Shown: positions 38,565 to 46,062 of the stretch, in pieces
How positions within the stretch are numbered: position 1 is the stretch's first letter
Layout of the letters: each line of letters starts with the position of its first letter
DNA from: Verrucomicrobiota bacterium
Lineage (GTDB): Bacteria; Verrucomicrobiota; Verrucomicrobiia; Limisphaerales; UBA8199
Direction: 5' to 3'
Assembly: GCA_003176045.1 (NCBI GenBank)
Contig: PSRM01000234.1
Span: 223 to 64,222, forward strand
DNA length: 64,000 nucleotides
Position numbers and translations under genes: made by a program
Notes under the pieces: model-generated
Told to the model about the DNA's origin: nothing
Database searches by the model: none
The model's input: only the letters and a program-made list of their open reading frames with translations

Positions 38565-39944
38565 CTAGACACTTTCAGCTTGCGAGTCGGGAACATACCG
38601 GAGCCAGACTTCCAACAAATCCAGTCTCTCGTACCCTTTCGCGCGCATTTCTGCAGCCCGCAGCGTTTTTGGATGGATGCCGTATGGACGCAACTGATGC
38701 GCAAGCCACAGTTCGTTCAGCTTCTTGCTTCCCATCGCCTCATGCCAGGGCCGCTCCTTGAGCAGGCCCAGAAAATAAATAATGTTCCGGCTGAACAGCC
38801 GCTCCGCCTTGTAATAGCTAAAAGCCCGCAGAACATCCCACAGCAGCGCCCCGATGGGACTCGATTCCTGCGCCATCGCGCTTAAGGCCGTGGCTGCATC
38901 CCGCGCCAGAGCCGGCCAACGGCCACCAGCCACATCCGCAAGCGCCAGCAGGGGGTCCCAGACATCGGCGGCCCGGTCGTTCAAGTCCACGGGGATTTTC
39001 GGCTTCGCCGCCCTGATGGCGCGCGCATGATCGGCGGCGAATCGAGCGCAACGGCGCCGAAGCCCCCCTGCCGACAGGTTGCGCAACCGTTCGCATCGCT
39101 CGCCGGTGCTCTTTCTGTGCATCGTGATCACAATGCAGCGATCTGCCAGCGTCTCGGGCAGCCGGCCAATCATCGAGATGACCTTCGGGCACCAGCACGA
39201 AAACTGCGTCAGCCGGCCGCCGGTCAAATGGGCGAGAGGGGTTGCATGAGGGTCGAGAGCCGTGGGACGAGGGGCGAGAGTTGGATGGCTTTTGACATTG
39301 GACTTCTTGTCCGCCGCAGCTTTAGCGAAGGTGGATGGACTTTGGATCTTGAACTCAGTCAGGAGTCCGTCTTCTGTCCTCTGCCCTCTGTCCTCTGAAT
39401 TCCGCTCCCCTGTCCCTGGTCCGTGGTCCGTACTTGGCTCGGGGACCGAGCGGCCTTCGACTTTGGACTTTGGACTTTGGACTTTGGACTCTCCGAGTGG
39501 TCTCCTTCGTTGACTGGACACCCTTACCACATACGCCGTGCTGCGGGTGTAGCCGGAATTGAGGATGCCGCGCAGTTCTTCGTTGCCCTGGAGGAAGGTG
39601 TCGGCTTCGTCAATGAGTAACGTTGGATGGAGTTCTTCGATGACACGAAACAACGCGGGCGGGCTGATGTTGGCGGCAATGACAGGCCGGTTGACGAGCG
39701 CGTTGAGAATGCTGAGCAATGTGGTTTTGCCACATCGTTTTTCCGGCGACTCCAGACCGATGTAGGTGCTGACTTCCCGCAGTTCGTAGACGTAGGTGTG
39801 CAGGATCCAGAGAGCCAGGGTTTCGGGCGCCCATTTCGGGAGCACGACGAATCGGCGCAGGGTGGCGGCAAGAGCGTCCAGGAGCGCCCCGATTTCGGAA
39901 GTGGAAGGGGTGCAAGGGATTTCTGGCTGTTGATTCGTGTTCAT
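38565..39944 (-). CDS. DUF3631-family P-loop protein (mobile-element associated) with an internal low-complexity insertion
   Basis: Walker A EKRCGKTTLLS and Walker B LLIDEADTF. The C-terminal FSCWCPKVISMIGRLPETLADRCIVITMHRK...DRAADVWDPLLALADVAGGRWP is typical of DUF3631. Confidence 0.7.
   Translation of the reverse strand: MNTNQQPEIPCTPSTSEIGALLDALAATLRRFVVLPKWAPETLALWILHTYVYELREVSTYIGLESPEKRCGKTTLLSILNALVNRPVIAANISPPALFRVIEELHPTLLIDEADTFLQGNEELRGILNSGYTRSTAYVVRVSSQRRRPLGESKVQSPKSKVEGRSVPEPSTDHGPGTGERNSEDRGQRTEDGLLTEFKIQSPSTFAKAAADKKSNVKSHPTLAPRPTALDPHATPLAHLTGGRLTQFSCWCPKVISMIGRLPETLADRCIVITMHRKSTGERCERLRNLSAGGLRRRCARFAADHARAIRAAKPKIPVDLNDRAADVWDPLLALADVAGGRWPALARDAATALSAMAQESSPIGALLWDVLRAFSYYKAERLFSRNIIYFLGLLKERPWHEAMGSKKLNELWLAHQLRPYGIHPKTLRAAEMRAKGYERLDLLEVWLRYVPDSQAESV
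39285..39500. repeat. block of short-word tandem arrays inside the DUF3631 reading frame
   Basis: gactttggactttggactttggactttggact (39459-39490), gtcctctgccctctgtcctctg, ggtccgtggtccgt and ggactttggatcttg, all of which keep the frame open. Confidence 0.85.
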
Positions 39945-39964
39945 AGATTTGTTTTTGGAGAATT

Positions 39965-39998
39965 GTAAAAGAGAAGGTGGGACAAAAACTGTCCCACC
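39965..39998 (-). terminator. rho-independent terminator-like hairpin (minus strand)
   Basis: ggtgggac-agttttt-gtcccacc followed by ttctctttta on the minus strand. Confidence 0.5.
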
Positions 39999-40058
39999 CT
40001 CTTCCGTACGATTACGGATGCGTGGCAGGTCAAATTTTGAACGAAGATCGCAAACGAG

Positions 40059-40082
40059 GAGCGCGGACGCCTTCGTCCGCGC
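40059..40082. repeat. REP-like hairpin ggagcgcggacg-cctt-cgtccgcgc
   Basis: Same head and stem as 27270-27292 (reverse orientation); same stem at 26021-26038. Confidence 0.8.
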
Positions 40083-40365
40083 GGGCAGTCAGAGGGGATT
40101 AACCACGCATCTGGTCGTACTTTGTGTTCACCATTGCTGTTGAGCTACCCGTCGCTACGAGCGACTGATCTCGCTCATGCCTGGGTGGTACGTCGAAACG
40201 CATCGCAACGAGGTTGAACAGGACATCCGCGAAAACGCCGAGGCCTGAGCATGGCCTTGCTCTGCGCTGTAATTCTCAGGGCGCGTCATCCGCCGGCCCC
40301 AGACGTAACTTGGCCCGGCGCAGCCGCGGTTTCTCTCCCTCGACCCTCGACCCCGACCCTCCCGC

Positions 40366-41472
40366 TCAATCCTTACTCACGCGCCACGTCGGATCCGGAT
40401 CGTAGATGGTCATCTTCCGCGCAACTTGCTCGGTCTTTGGGCCAAGGTCCTTCTGATAAACGCGGCCTTGCTGGTTGACGATGAAGGTCATGATGCCGGA
40501 TTCGCCGTACTCGGCGGGCCAGGCGACCAAAGCGAAACCGGCAATCATATTTCCGTTGATGATGTACCCGTACTTGCCGCCGGGGGCGTGGGTGCCCTGT
40601 TGGGTGAGGATTCTGAAGTAATAACCATGGAACGGCTGAGGTTCATCTGTGATTTTGCGAAAGTAACCTCCGCTCTGAGCTTCTGCGACCATCGGCCCCA
40701 GCGGACTGACTTGTCCGTTTAACTCTGTCGGCCAGTAAAGCCCATCCGTTTTGCCAGGCGAACTGGCGATCCGTTGTGCGTACTTCAAAACGCCGTTACC
40801 ACTGCGGTCGCGGCTTGCGTATTCGCGTTGTGCGTCCACGTAAGCCCGCACGGCTTGGAGCGCTTCAATTTCGTTCCGGCCGATGCGGCGGTTGAGAACC
40901 TCCTCACGGCCGGCGGCGCTGTCGAAGAACCAGCCATCGGCCGTTTTCACGATAGGAACGGGGAAAGGCCAGTTGTCGTTGCCCACCTCGAGAATCATTT
41001 GCGTATCGGACTTGCGGGCCAAATGGTTCGTGAGATTAAAAGCGGCCGTAAACTCTGCCAGGTCTTGGGCACCCTGTACGGTATCAGGATTTGCCAGCCA
41101 TTCGCCTTCTGGTCCAAAAAGAACGGCGAAGGCCGCTTTGTTCGTGGTGTTGACCGCCTGGCCCAGCGAACTGACCAGCTCTTGCGGAGAGGAGAACGTC
41201 TTGGCGCTACCGGCGCGCGCTGTGATTCCGGACATCGTGCCGGCGATAAGAATCAGTACGCCGCCCACGGTGGCGCAACGTAGCGAAGATTTCCAATCTG
41301 CGGTATCGCAGTGCTTCCAGCCTGCGAGGCGGAGGCTCTCTGGTGTTCGGACGGTCTGCCGATTGGAAATCGGCGATACAGCAGGTTGGAAACCTGCGCT
41401 ACTTTTCGTCCGAAGTGCCCGTTCGAAATGAGTTGTCGCAACTAAATCGTTCTGAAAAAAAGAAGTAATCAT
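40366..41472 (-). CDS. DUF2950-family secreted protein
   Basis: FHGYYFRILTQQGTHAPGGKYGYIINGNMIAGFALVAWPAEYGESGIMTFIVNQQGRVYQKDLG is the characteristic C-terminal block. The true start is probably internal. Confidence 0.7.
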   Translation of the reverse strand: MITSFFQNDLVATTHFERALRTKSSAGFQPAVSPISNRQTVRTPESLRLAGWKHCDTADWKSSLRCATVGGVLILIAGTMSGITARAGSAKTFSSPQELVSSLGQAVNTTNKAAFAVLFGPEGEWLANPDTVQGAQDLAEFTAAFNLTNHLARKSDTQMILEVGNDNWPFPVPIVKTADGWFFDSAAGREEVLNRRIGRNEIEALQAVRAYVDAQREYASRDRSGNGVLKYAQRIASSPGKTDGLYWPTELNGQVSPLGPMVAEAQSGGYFRKITDEPQPFHGYYFRILTQQGTHAPGGKYGYIINGNMIAGFALVAWPAEYGESGIMTFIVNQQGRVYQKDLGPKTEQVARKMTIYDPDPTWRVSKD

Positions 41473-41495
41473 AAATCAAATTGTTTAAAATGAGT

Positions 41496-42764
41496 TTAGC
41501 GTCTGCGCCCGCCACCACCACCGCCACGACCGCCGCCACCTCCACCGCCACCCCGGCTGGAAGAGCCTCGGCTGCTGAAGCTGCTGGCCTTCGAGCCGCT
41601 GCTTACCCCGCCGAACGCGCTGGAAGAGGATCTGCCACCGCCGCCAGCACCGGAGCCGCGCGATGAGGCTCCAGCCGAGGTCCCACCTCCGCCACCACGC
41701 GAAGGCTGACTGCTTGCGGAAGGTCTCTGTGATGCTCCGGCACCGGCCTGGCCGCCTCGGCCGCCGCCCTGTCCACCCGCACCAGTTTGCGAAGGACGTG
41801 CGCCGGCGCCCGTTCCGCCGCGCTGGGAGGCTTGCGCACCGCCGCTTCCGCCCCAGCCGCGCGCATCACGATTCTGCGAAGAGGCCGATGCGCCCGATGA
41901 CCGCATGCGGCTTTGGTCCGGCTGCCATCCTTTCTGCCGGCTGCTGCTGTTAGCGCGCGCGCTCGATCGATCCGTGTTCCGATTCACGTTGCGATTTACG
42001 TTGCGGTCAACATCTACGTTCACGTCGCCTCCCCCCCAATTGCAGTTATTGGCCAGGATTGCTCCCCATGCCATCCCGACACCGAACGTAACCAGCGGCG
42101 CCACGGGATTATAAACATACGCAGGCGGAGGGGCGTAAACGGCAGGCGGATAACTGGGCACATAGACCACCTGCGGGTTCGAAGGCTGGATCTCGACAAC
42201 CGTGTTTGTCACCACCACGACTTTCTCCTCGACCACCTTCTCCACCACCTGGTTGGTCACCACCACCACTTGTTGGTCCGAGCTTCGCAGCGTGCCGGCT
42301 TTGTTCGCCTTGGCCCGGAGCGCCTGAATGGTATCCATCAACTCTTTGCGTTGATCCAGAAAGGCCAGGCCCAGATCGGTCGTCCATGCCAGGTCCGCAT
42401 CCATTTGCGCAATCAAGTCCGGATATTTCGCGACCGCCTTTACGTTCTCGTCCCAGGGTTTTTCGTCCACCTTCGCGCAGTTATTGGTGTCCTTTACAAA
42501 ACGAGCCGCCTGGACGATCTCGACGGGATAAACCGCGGCCGGCAAAATGATCGCGATCAAAGGATCAGGATGCAGCGCGATGGGCATGGCCAGCTTCTCC
42601 AGTTCGGCCGCGCTCCGCTGGGCCGGGGCCGCGGGCGGGGGAGCCGGGTTGTCTGGAGGCGCAGCTTGGGTTGTATCTGGCGCTGCGGTTTGTGCCGGCG
42701 CCGTGTGCAGCGCGCTGAAAAAAGTCAGCGCGACAATCAGGGAGGGAATGTGAATCGATCTCAT
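41496..42764 (-). CDS. DUF3300-domain secreted protein with a Gly/Ser/Arg-rich tail
   Basis: LAMPIALHPDPLIAIILPAAVYPVEIVQAARF is the DUF3300 hallmark. Paired with DUF2950, as is commonly seen. Confidence 0.75.
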   Translation of the reverse strand: MRSIHIPSLIVALTFFSALHTAPAQTAAPDTTQAAPPDNPAPPPAAPAQRSAAELEKLAMPIALHPDPLIAIILPAAVYPVEIVQAARFVKDTNNCAKVDEKPWDENVKAVAKYPDLIAQMDADLAWTTDLGLAFLDQRKELMDTIQALRAKANKAGTLRSSDQQVVVVTNQVVEKVVEEKVVVVTNTVVEIQPSNPQVVYVPSYPPAVYAPPPAYVYNPVAPLVTFGVGMAWGAILANNCNWGGGDVNVDVDRNVNRNVNRNTDRSSARANSSSRQKGWQPDQSRMRSSGASASSQNRDARGWGGSGGAQASQRGGTGAGARPSQTGAGGQGGGRGGQAGAGASQRPSASSQPSRGGGGGTSAGASSRGSGAGGGGRSSSSAFGGVSSGSKASSFSSRGSSSRGGGGGGGGRGGGGGGRRR

Positions 42765-43228
42765 AAGCTTACTCTTGTACGGACTGCAATAGATCTGGAG
42801 TGGATAGGGACTGATCGTTTGCGCTCGACGGCAGGGACCTCCTCAGAGTGCCCCTGCCAAAGCCAGAGCATAGCCTCCTCAAAACTCCGGAAGCCCCGCA
42901 CCTGCCAGCCGTGCATGGACGTTATGAACGCAAACAACCGCGCGCGGCCATGCGGGTCGGCCGAATAGAGCAACGCGAGGCGGTGGGTTCGTGAAAAGCC
43001 CAGATACGGAAACGCGTTGATCAGCGCGATCAGGTCGGCCCGTGACAACCGCGCCTTGGGCAGCGGCTGCAGCTCGCGCAGATCCAGCATCGCCCGATCA
43101 ATGCCGCGCTTTTGACAGCCCTGCGCGATCTTAATAAGCGCCAGCTTGCTGGCCGTCAGATCGAAATTGCCGGTCGCGTTCAGCCGTATGAATTCACTCG
43201 CGCGAATGAGTTCCAGTTCCAATGGCAT
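42761..43228 (-). CDS. conserved hypothetical protein, MPLEL paralog A
   Basis: 155 aa with clear similarity to 57568..58059 (MPLELELIRASEFIRLNA... versus MPLELQVIRASEFVRLNA...). Overlaps the DUF3300 start by 4 nt. Confidence 0.6.
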   Translation of the reverse strand: MPLELELIRASEFIRLNATGNFDLTASKLALIKIAQGCQKRGIDRAMLDLRELQPLPKARLSRADLIALINAFPYLGFSRTHRLALLYSADPHGRARLFAFITSMHGWQVRGFRSFEEAMLWLWQGHSEEVPAVERKRSVPIHSRSIAVRTRVSL

Positions 43229-43306
43229 ATAAAACCTTTTGTTATCCGTGTTTAGCTTTATTCATCCGTCGTTGAAATTTCAAATATCTTTTACGATCTC
43301 CTCACT

Positions 43307-43972
43307 CTAAGGTTGTCGCGCTGTCATCTGTCCGCGCGCAGCAGCCAGGTCGGAGGCGGCCTGGGTCATGATCTCGGCTAGCGCCTGGTTCCATCCCGCC
43401 ACAACAGCTTCCGCAGTGGACTCTTTCAGCGGGACGCGCCGGCTGTAATCCTTTTGAAAAACGAGCGAATCTTTTTCCGAGCGAAACATGGCAAATCTCA
43501 AGGAAAGCACCGCCGCCGGCGGCGCAGGCTTTCGAAAATCGCCGTACAGTTCGGATGCGTGGACCTCCAGGACATTGTCTGCTCTCAACCGGCTCCCCGG
43601 CTCAACAACCGCCTCAAAATTTCCGGAGCCTCTGAGATAAGCGCGAACCGGAATCGCCAACGCGGGGCCGGGAGGAACGACAAATTCCGCGTAAGGGTCC
43701 GCTTCATACAAATCCGGCCCCACCCGGTACATAAAAGCTCGCCCCTCAAAAAGCGGCGACACGCGCACTGAACCTACGGCCAGGACTCCCCGTGGATTGG
43801 AGTTAGTTCCCTGCGCAGTCTCGGCGGCGTGCAGCGCATATGTCCGATGCACCAGGGCAGGGCGAGACAGGCAGCCGGTAGAAACGAAGGCCAGAACCAA
43901 AAGCGACGCAGCGCAGCAAAGGCGCCGAATTGGCGCGAATCCGCCTGGAGCGCGGCATTTATTCGTAACCAT
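43307..43972 (-). CDS. ABC-type transport auxiliary lipoprotein (PqiC/DUF330-like)
   Basis: Start set at MVTNKC (ATG 43972). Lipobox LAFVSTGC. GVLAVGSVRVSPLFEGRAFMYRVGPDLYEADPYAEFV is typical of the family. Confidence 0.7.
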   Translation of the reverse strand: MVTNKCRAPGGFAPIRRLCCAASLLVLAFVSTGCLSRPALVHRTYALHAAETAQGTNSNPRGVLAVGSVRVSPLFEGRAFMYRVGPDLYEADPYAEFVVPPGPALAIPVRAYLRGSGNFEAVVEPGSRLRADNVLEVHASELYGDFRKPAPPAAVLSLRFAMFRSEKDSLVFQKDYSRRVPLKESTAEAVVAGWNQALAEIMTQAASDLAAARGQMTARQP

Positions 43973-44181
43973 GCAGTTCAACAGGAGATAACAGAGAGAA
44001 CAGAGGAAGAAACACGATGCCCGAGGCTGTTTGTGGGGTCTTGGCATGCTCACTAAATCGTGACGCGCTCTCGATGCTTGCGGCCTACCTCCTGTTCTCT
44101 TCTGAATAGTTACGGATTTATGCCGCTTCACGCTGGGAAGGCCAACGGGTACCGGATTTCGCATCGGCGTTCCTCTGCTAT

Positions 44182-44254
44182 CTGGGAGCGCGGGCATCCC
44201 TGCCCGCGAGCGCACCAGACTCGAGACTCGCGGGCAAGATGCCCGCGCTCCCAG
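44182..44254. repeat. REP-like inverted repeat (ctgggagcgcgggcatccctgcccgcgag / ctcgcgggcaagatgcccgcgctcccag)
   Basis: Arms at 44182-44210 and 44227-44254, between the mlaD stop and the lipoprotein gene. Confidence 0.85.
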
Positions 44255-44274
44255 GTCGGTCATGCAAATCACGC

Positions 44275-45240
44275 TCACTTGCGCCCCCTTGTTTGCTTTA
44301 CCGCTGTCGCAGGCACAGGGGGCTCGCCCAAAAAGAAGCCCGAGGGGTACCGATTCATCTGCACCAGCGTCTGATTTAAGGTCTGTAGAGTCTCCTGGAG
44401 ATCGCCAACGGCTTCCTGAAGCGGAACATCGTTCAACTTGACCAGCAGATTTTGGAGATGGACCGTGCTGTTGCGAAGGTCAGAAAGCAGGCTGTTTGCG
44501 TTCTGGCCGACTTGCTCCAGTTGCATCGCTTTGAGTGTGTCCTGTATTTGGCCGATGGTATTCTGCACCTTTACCACGGCGGTTCTGGTTTCGACCAATA
44601 ACGAGTTGCCATTGGTAACTACAGTTTCCAGGTCCAGTTGTTTCAGCTTCTGCGCAAATTGCTCCGCAGCACCCAAGGCGTTCGTGAGCCCCTGGCTGAC
44701 TCCTGGGAAGTCCAGTCCCTCCAAATGCTGCAGCGTTTTTTCCACGGTCTCCAAAATGCGCGAGAACTGGCTCCCAGCCGAAGGGATATAGTAATGATGC
44801 GGAGCGTAATCGAGAGACAACGTGCGCGGCGGCGGGGTGACGATCTCGAGAGACAAAAGACTCGTGCCCGTAATGCCCTGGCCTTTCACGATCGCGCGGA
44901 GGCCCGAACTCACCGCTTCCTGGGCTATGGCCCTAACTTCGCCCGGTGGCCAGGGCATCAGGTCACTATCCACTTCAAACTCCACCACCAGCGCCTGCGA
45001 TTTGGAGCCCGGGTATGCATGCCAGGCGAATGTAATCCGCGTTACTTTGCCGATCGGCACTCCCCGCAATTCGACATTCGAACCGACCGACAGGCCCGAA
45101 ACATCGTCCTCGACCGCCGTTTCGAAATGCGTCTTGGGCGTAAAGTAAGTCTTGGCGCCAAATGCCAGGAGCCCGGCAATCAGCAGCGCCACCGCTACCA
45201 GCACGAAGACGCCGATTTTTAAATGGTTGTTATGGCTCAT
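44275..45240 (-). CDS. mlaD: MlaD/MCE-family substrate-binding protein
   Basis: N-terminal TM (IGVFVLVAVALLIAGLLAF) plus an MCE domain (GLSVGSNVELRGVPIGKV) and a long helical tail. Confidence 0.8.
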   Translation of the reverse strand: MSHNNHLKIGVFVLVAVALLIAGLLAFGAKTYFTPKTHFETAVEDDVSGLSVGSNVELRGVPIGKVTRITFAWHAYPGSKSQALVVEFEVDSDLMPWPPGEVRAIAQEAVSSGLRAIVKGQGITGTSLLSLEIVTPPPRTLSLDYAPHHYYIPSAGSQFSRILETVEKTLQHLEGLDFPGVSQGLTNALGAAEQFAQKLKQLDLETVVTNGNSLLVETRTAVVKVQNTIGQIQDTLKAMQLEQVGQNANSLLSDLRNSTVHLQNLLVKLNDVPLQEAVGDLQETLQTLNQTLVQMNRYPSGFFLGEPPVPATAVKQTRGRK

Positions 45241-45264
45241 GGGCCAATGCTGTTTGTTCCTGGA

Positions 45265-46062
45265 TCAGACTGCCAGACTCACCTGCGGGGGCGCTTCGGC
45301 TTGCCGGTTAAAAAATTGCCGGACCCAGGGGTTGGGCGAATGGTCCCGGAGTTCTTCAGGTTTTCCCGTTCCAATGATTCCCTTAGTGTTTGCATCGAGC
45401 ATAATGACGCGGTCCGCCACCGCGAAAATGCTCTGCAACTCGTGCGTGACGATTACAAAAGTGAAACCCAGGTTTTTCGACAAATCTTTAATCAGGGCGT
45501 CGAGGCCGGCCGAGGTGATGGGATCCAGCCCGGCCGACGGTTCGTCCAGAAACAGAATTCTCGGGTCCAGCGCCATCGCCCGCGCGATGGCCGCCCGCTT
45601 TTGCATGCCGCCACTAAGTTCCGCCGGCATTTTGTTCCCCGCGGCTTCCATGGCGACCATCTTTAGTTTTGTCAGGGCGATGAGTTCCTTGGACTGCATC
45701 GGCAGTTCGGTAAATTCGTCGAGCGGCAAACGGACGTTTTCCAGCACGGTGAGTGACCCAAACAATGCGCCGCTTTGATACATGACGCCAAATTGCCGCA
45801 GAATCTGCAGCCGCTCATCGCCGCGCGCGCCAACCAGGTTGCTCGTTCCGAACCAAATCTCGCCCGCCATGGGCTGGTAGAGTCCTATTATATGTTTCAG
45901 GAGAGAGCTCTTGCCGCACCCGGAGCCTCCCAGGATGACGAACACTTCGCCGCGCCGCACCGAAAAATCAACGCTCTCCAGCAGCACCTTGTCGCCATAA
46001 CCCACCTTCAGGCCTTTCACGGCGATGACCGGCTCATCGGATTGAATGTTCGGGGTGCTCAT
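45265..46062 (-). CDS. mlaF: ABC transporter ATP-binding protein (MlaF-like)
   Basis: Start at MSTPNIQ (ATG 46062). GGSGCGKSSLLK, LSGGMQKRAAIARA and ILFLDEPSAGLDP. Confidence 0.85.
   Translation of the reverse strand: MSTPNIQSDEPVIAVKGLKVGYGDKVLLESVDFSVRRGEVFVILGGSGCGKSSLLKHIIGLYQPMAGEIWFGTSNLVGARGDERLQILRQFGVMYQSGALFGSLTVLENVRLPLDEFTELPMQSKELIALTKLKMVAMEAAGNKMPAELSGGMQKRAAIARAMALDPRILFLDEPSAGLDPITSAGLDALIKDLSKNLGFTFVIVTHELQSIFAVADRVIMLDANTKGIIGTGKPEELRDHSPNPWVRQFFNRQAEAPPQVSLAV

Noticed and set aside
40095-40165. Minus-strand tRNA gene (TGAGCTAC motif resembling a D-arm)
   Set aside because: There is no T-arm with a GTTCRANYC loop and no 3' acceptor strand complementary to gcgacgg. At best it is a fragment.
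41913-42968. 351-aa plus-strand ORF overlapping the DUF3300 gene and paralog A
   Set aside because: It is antisense to two supported genes and is extremely Arg/His/Gly-rich.
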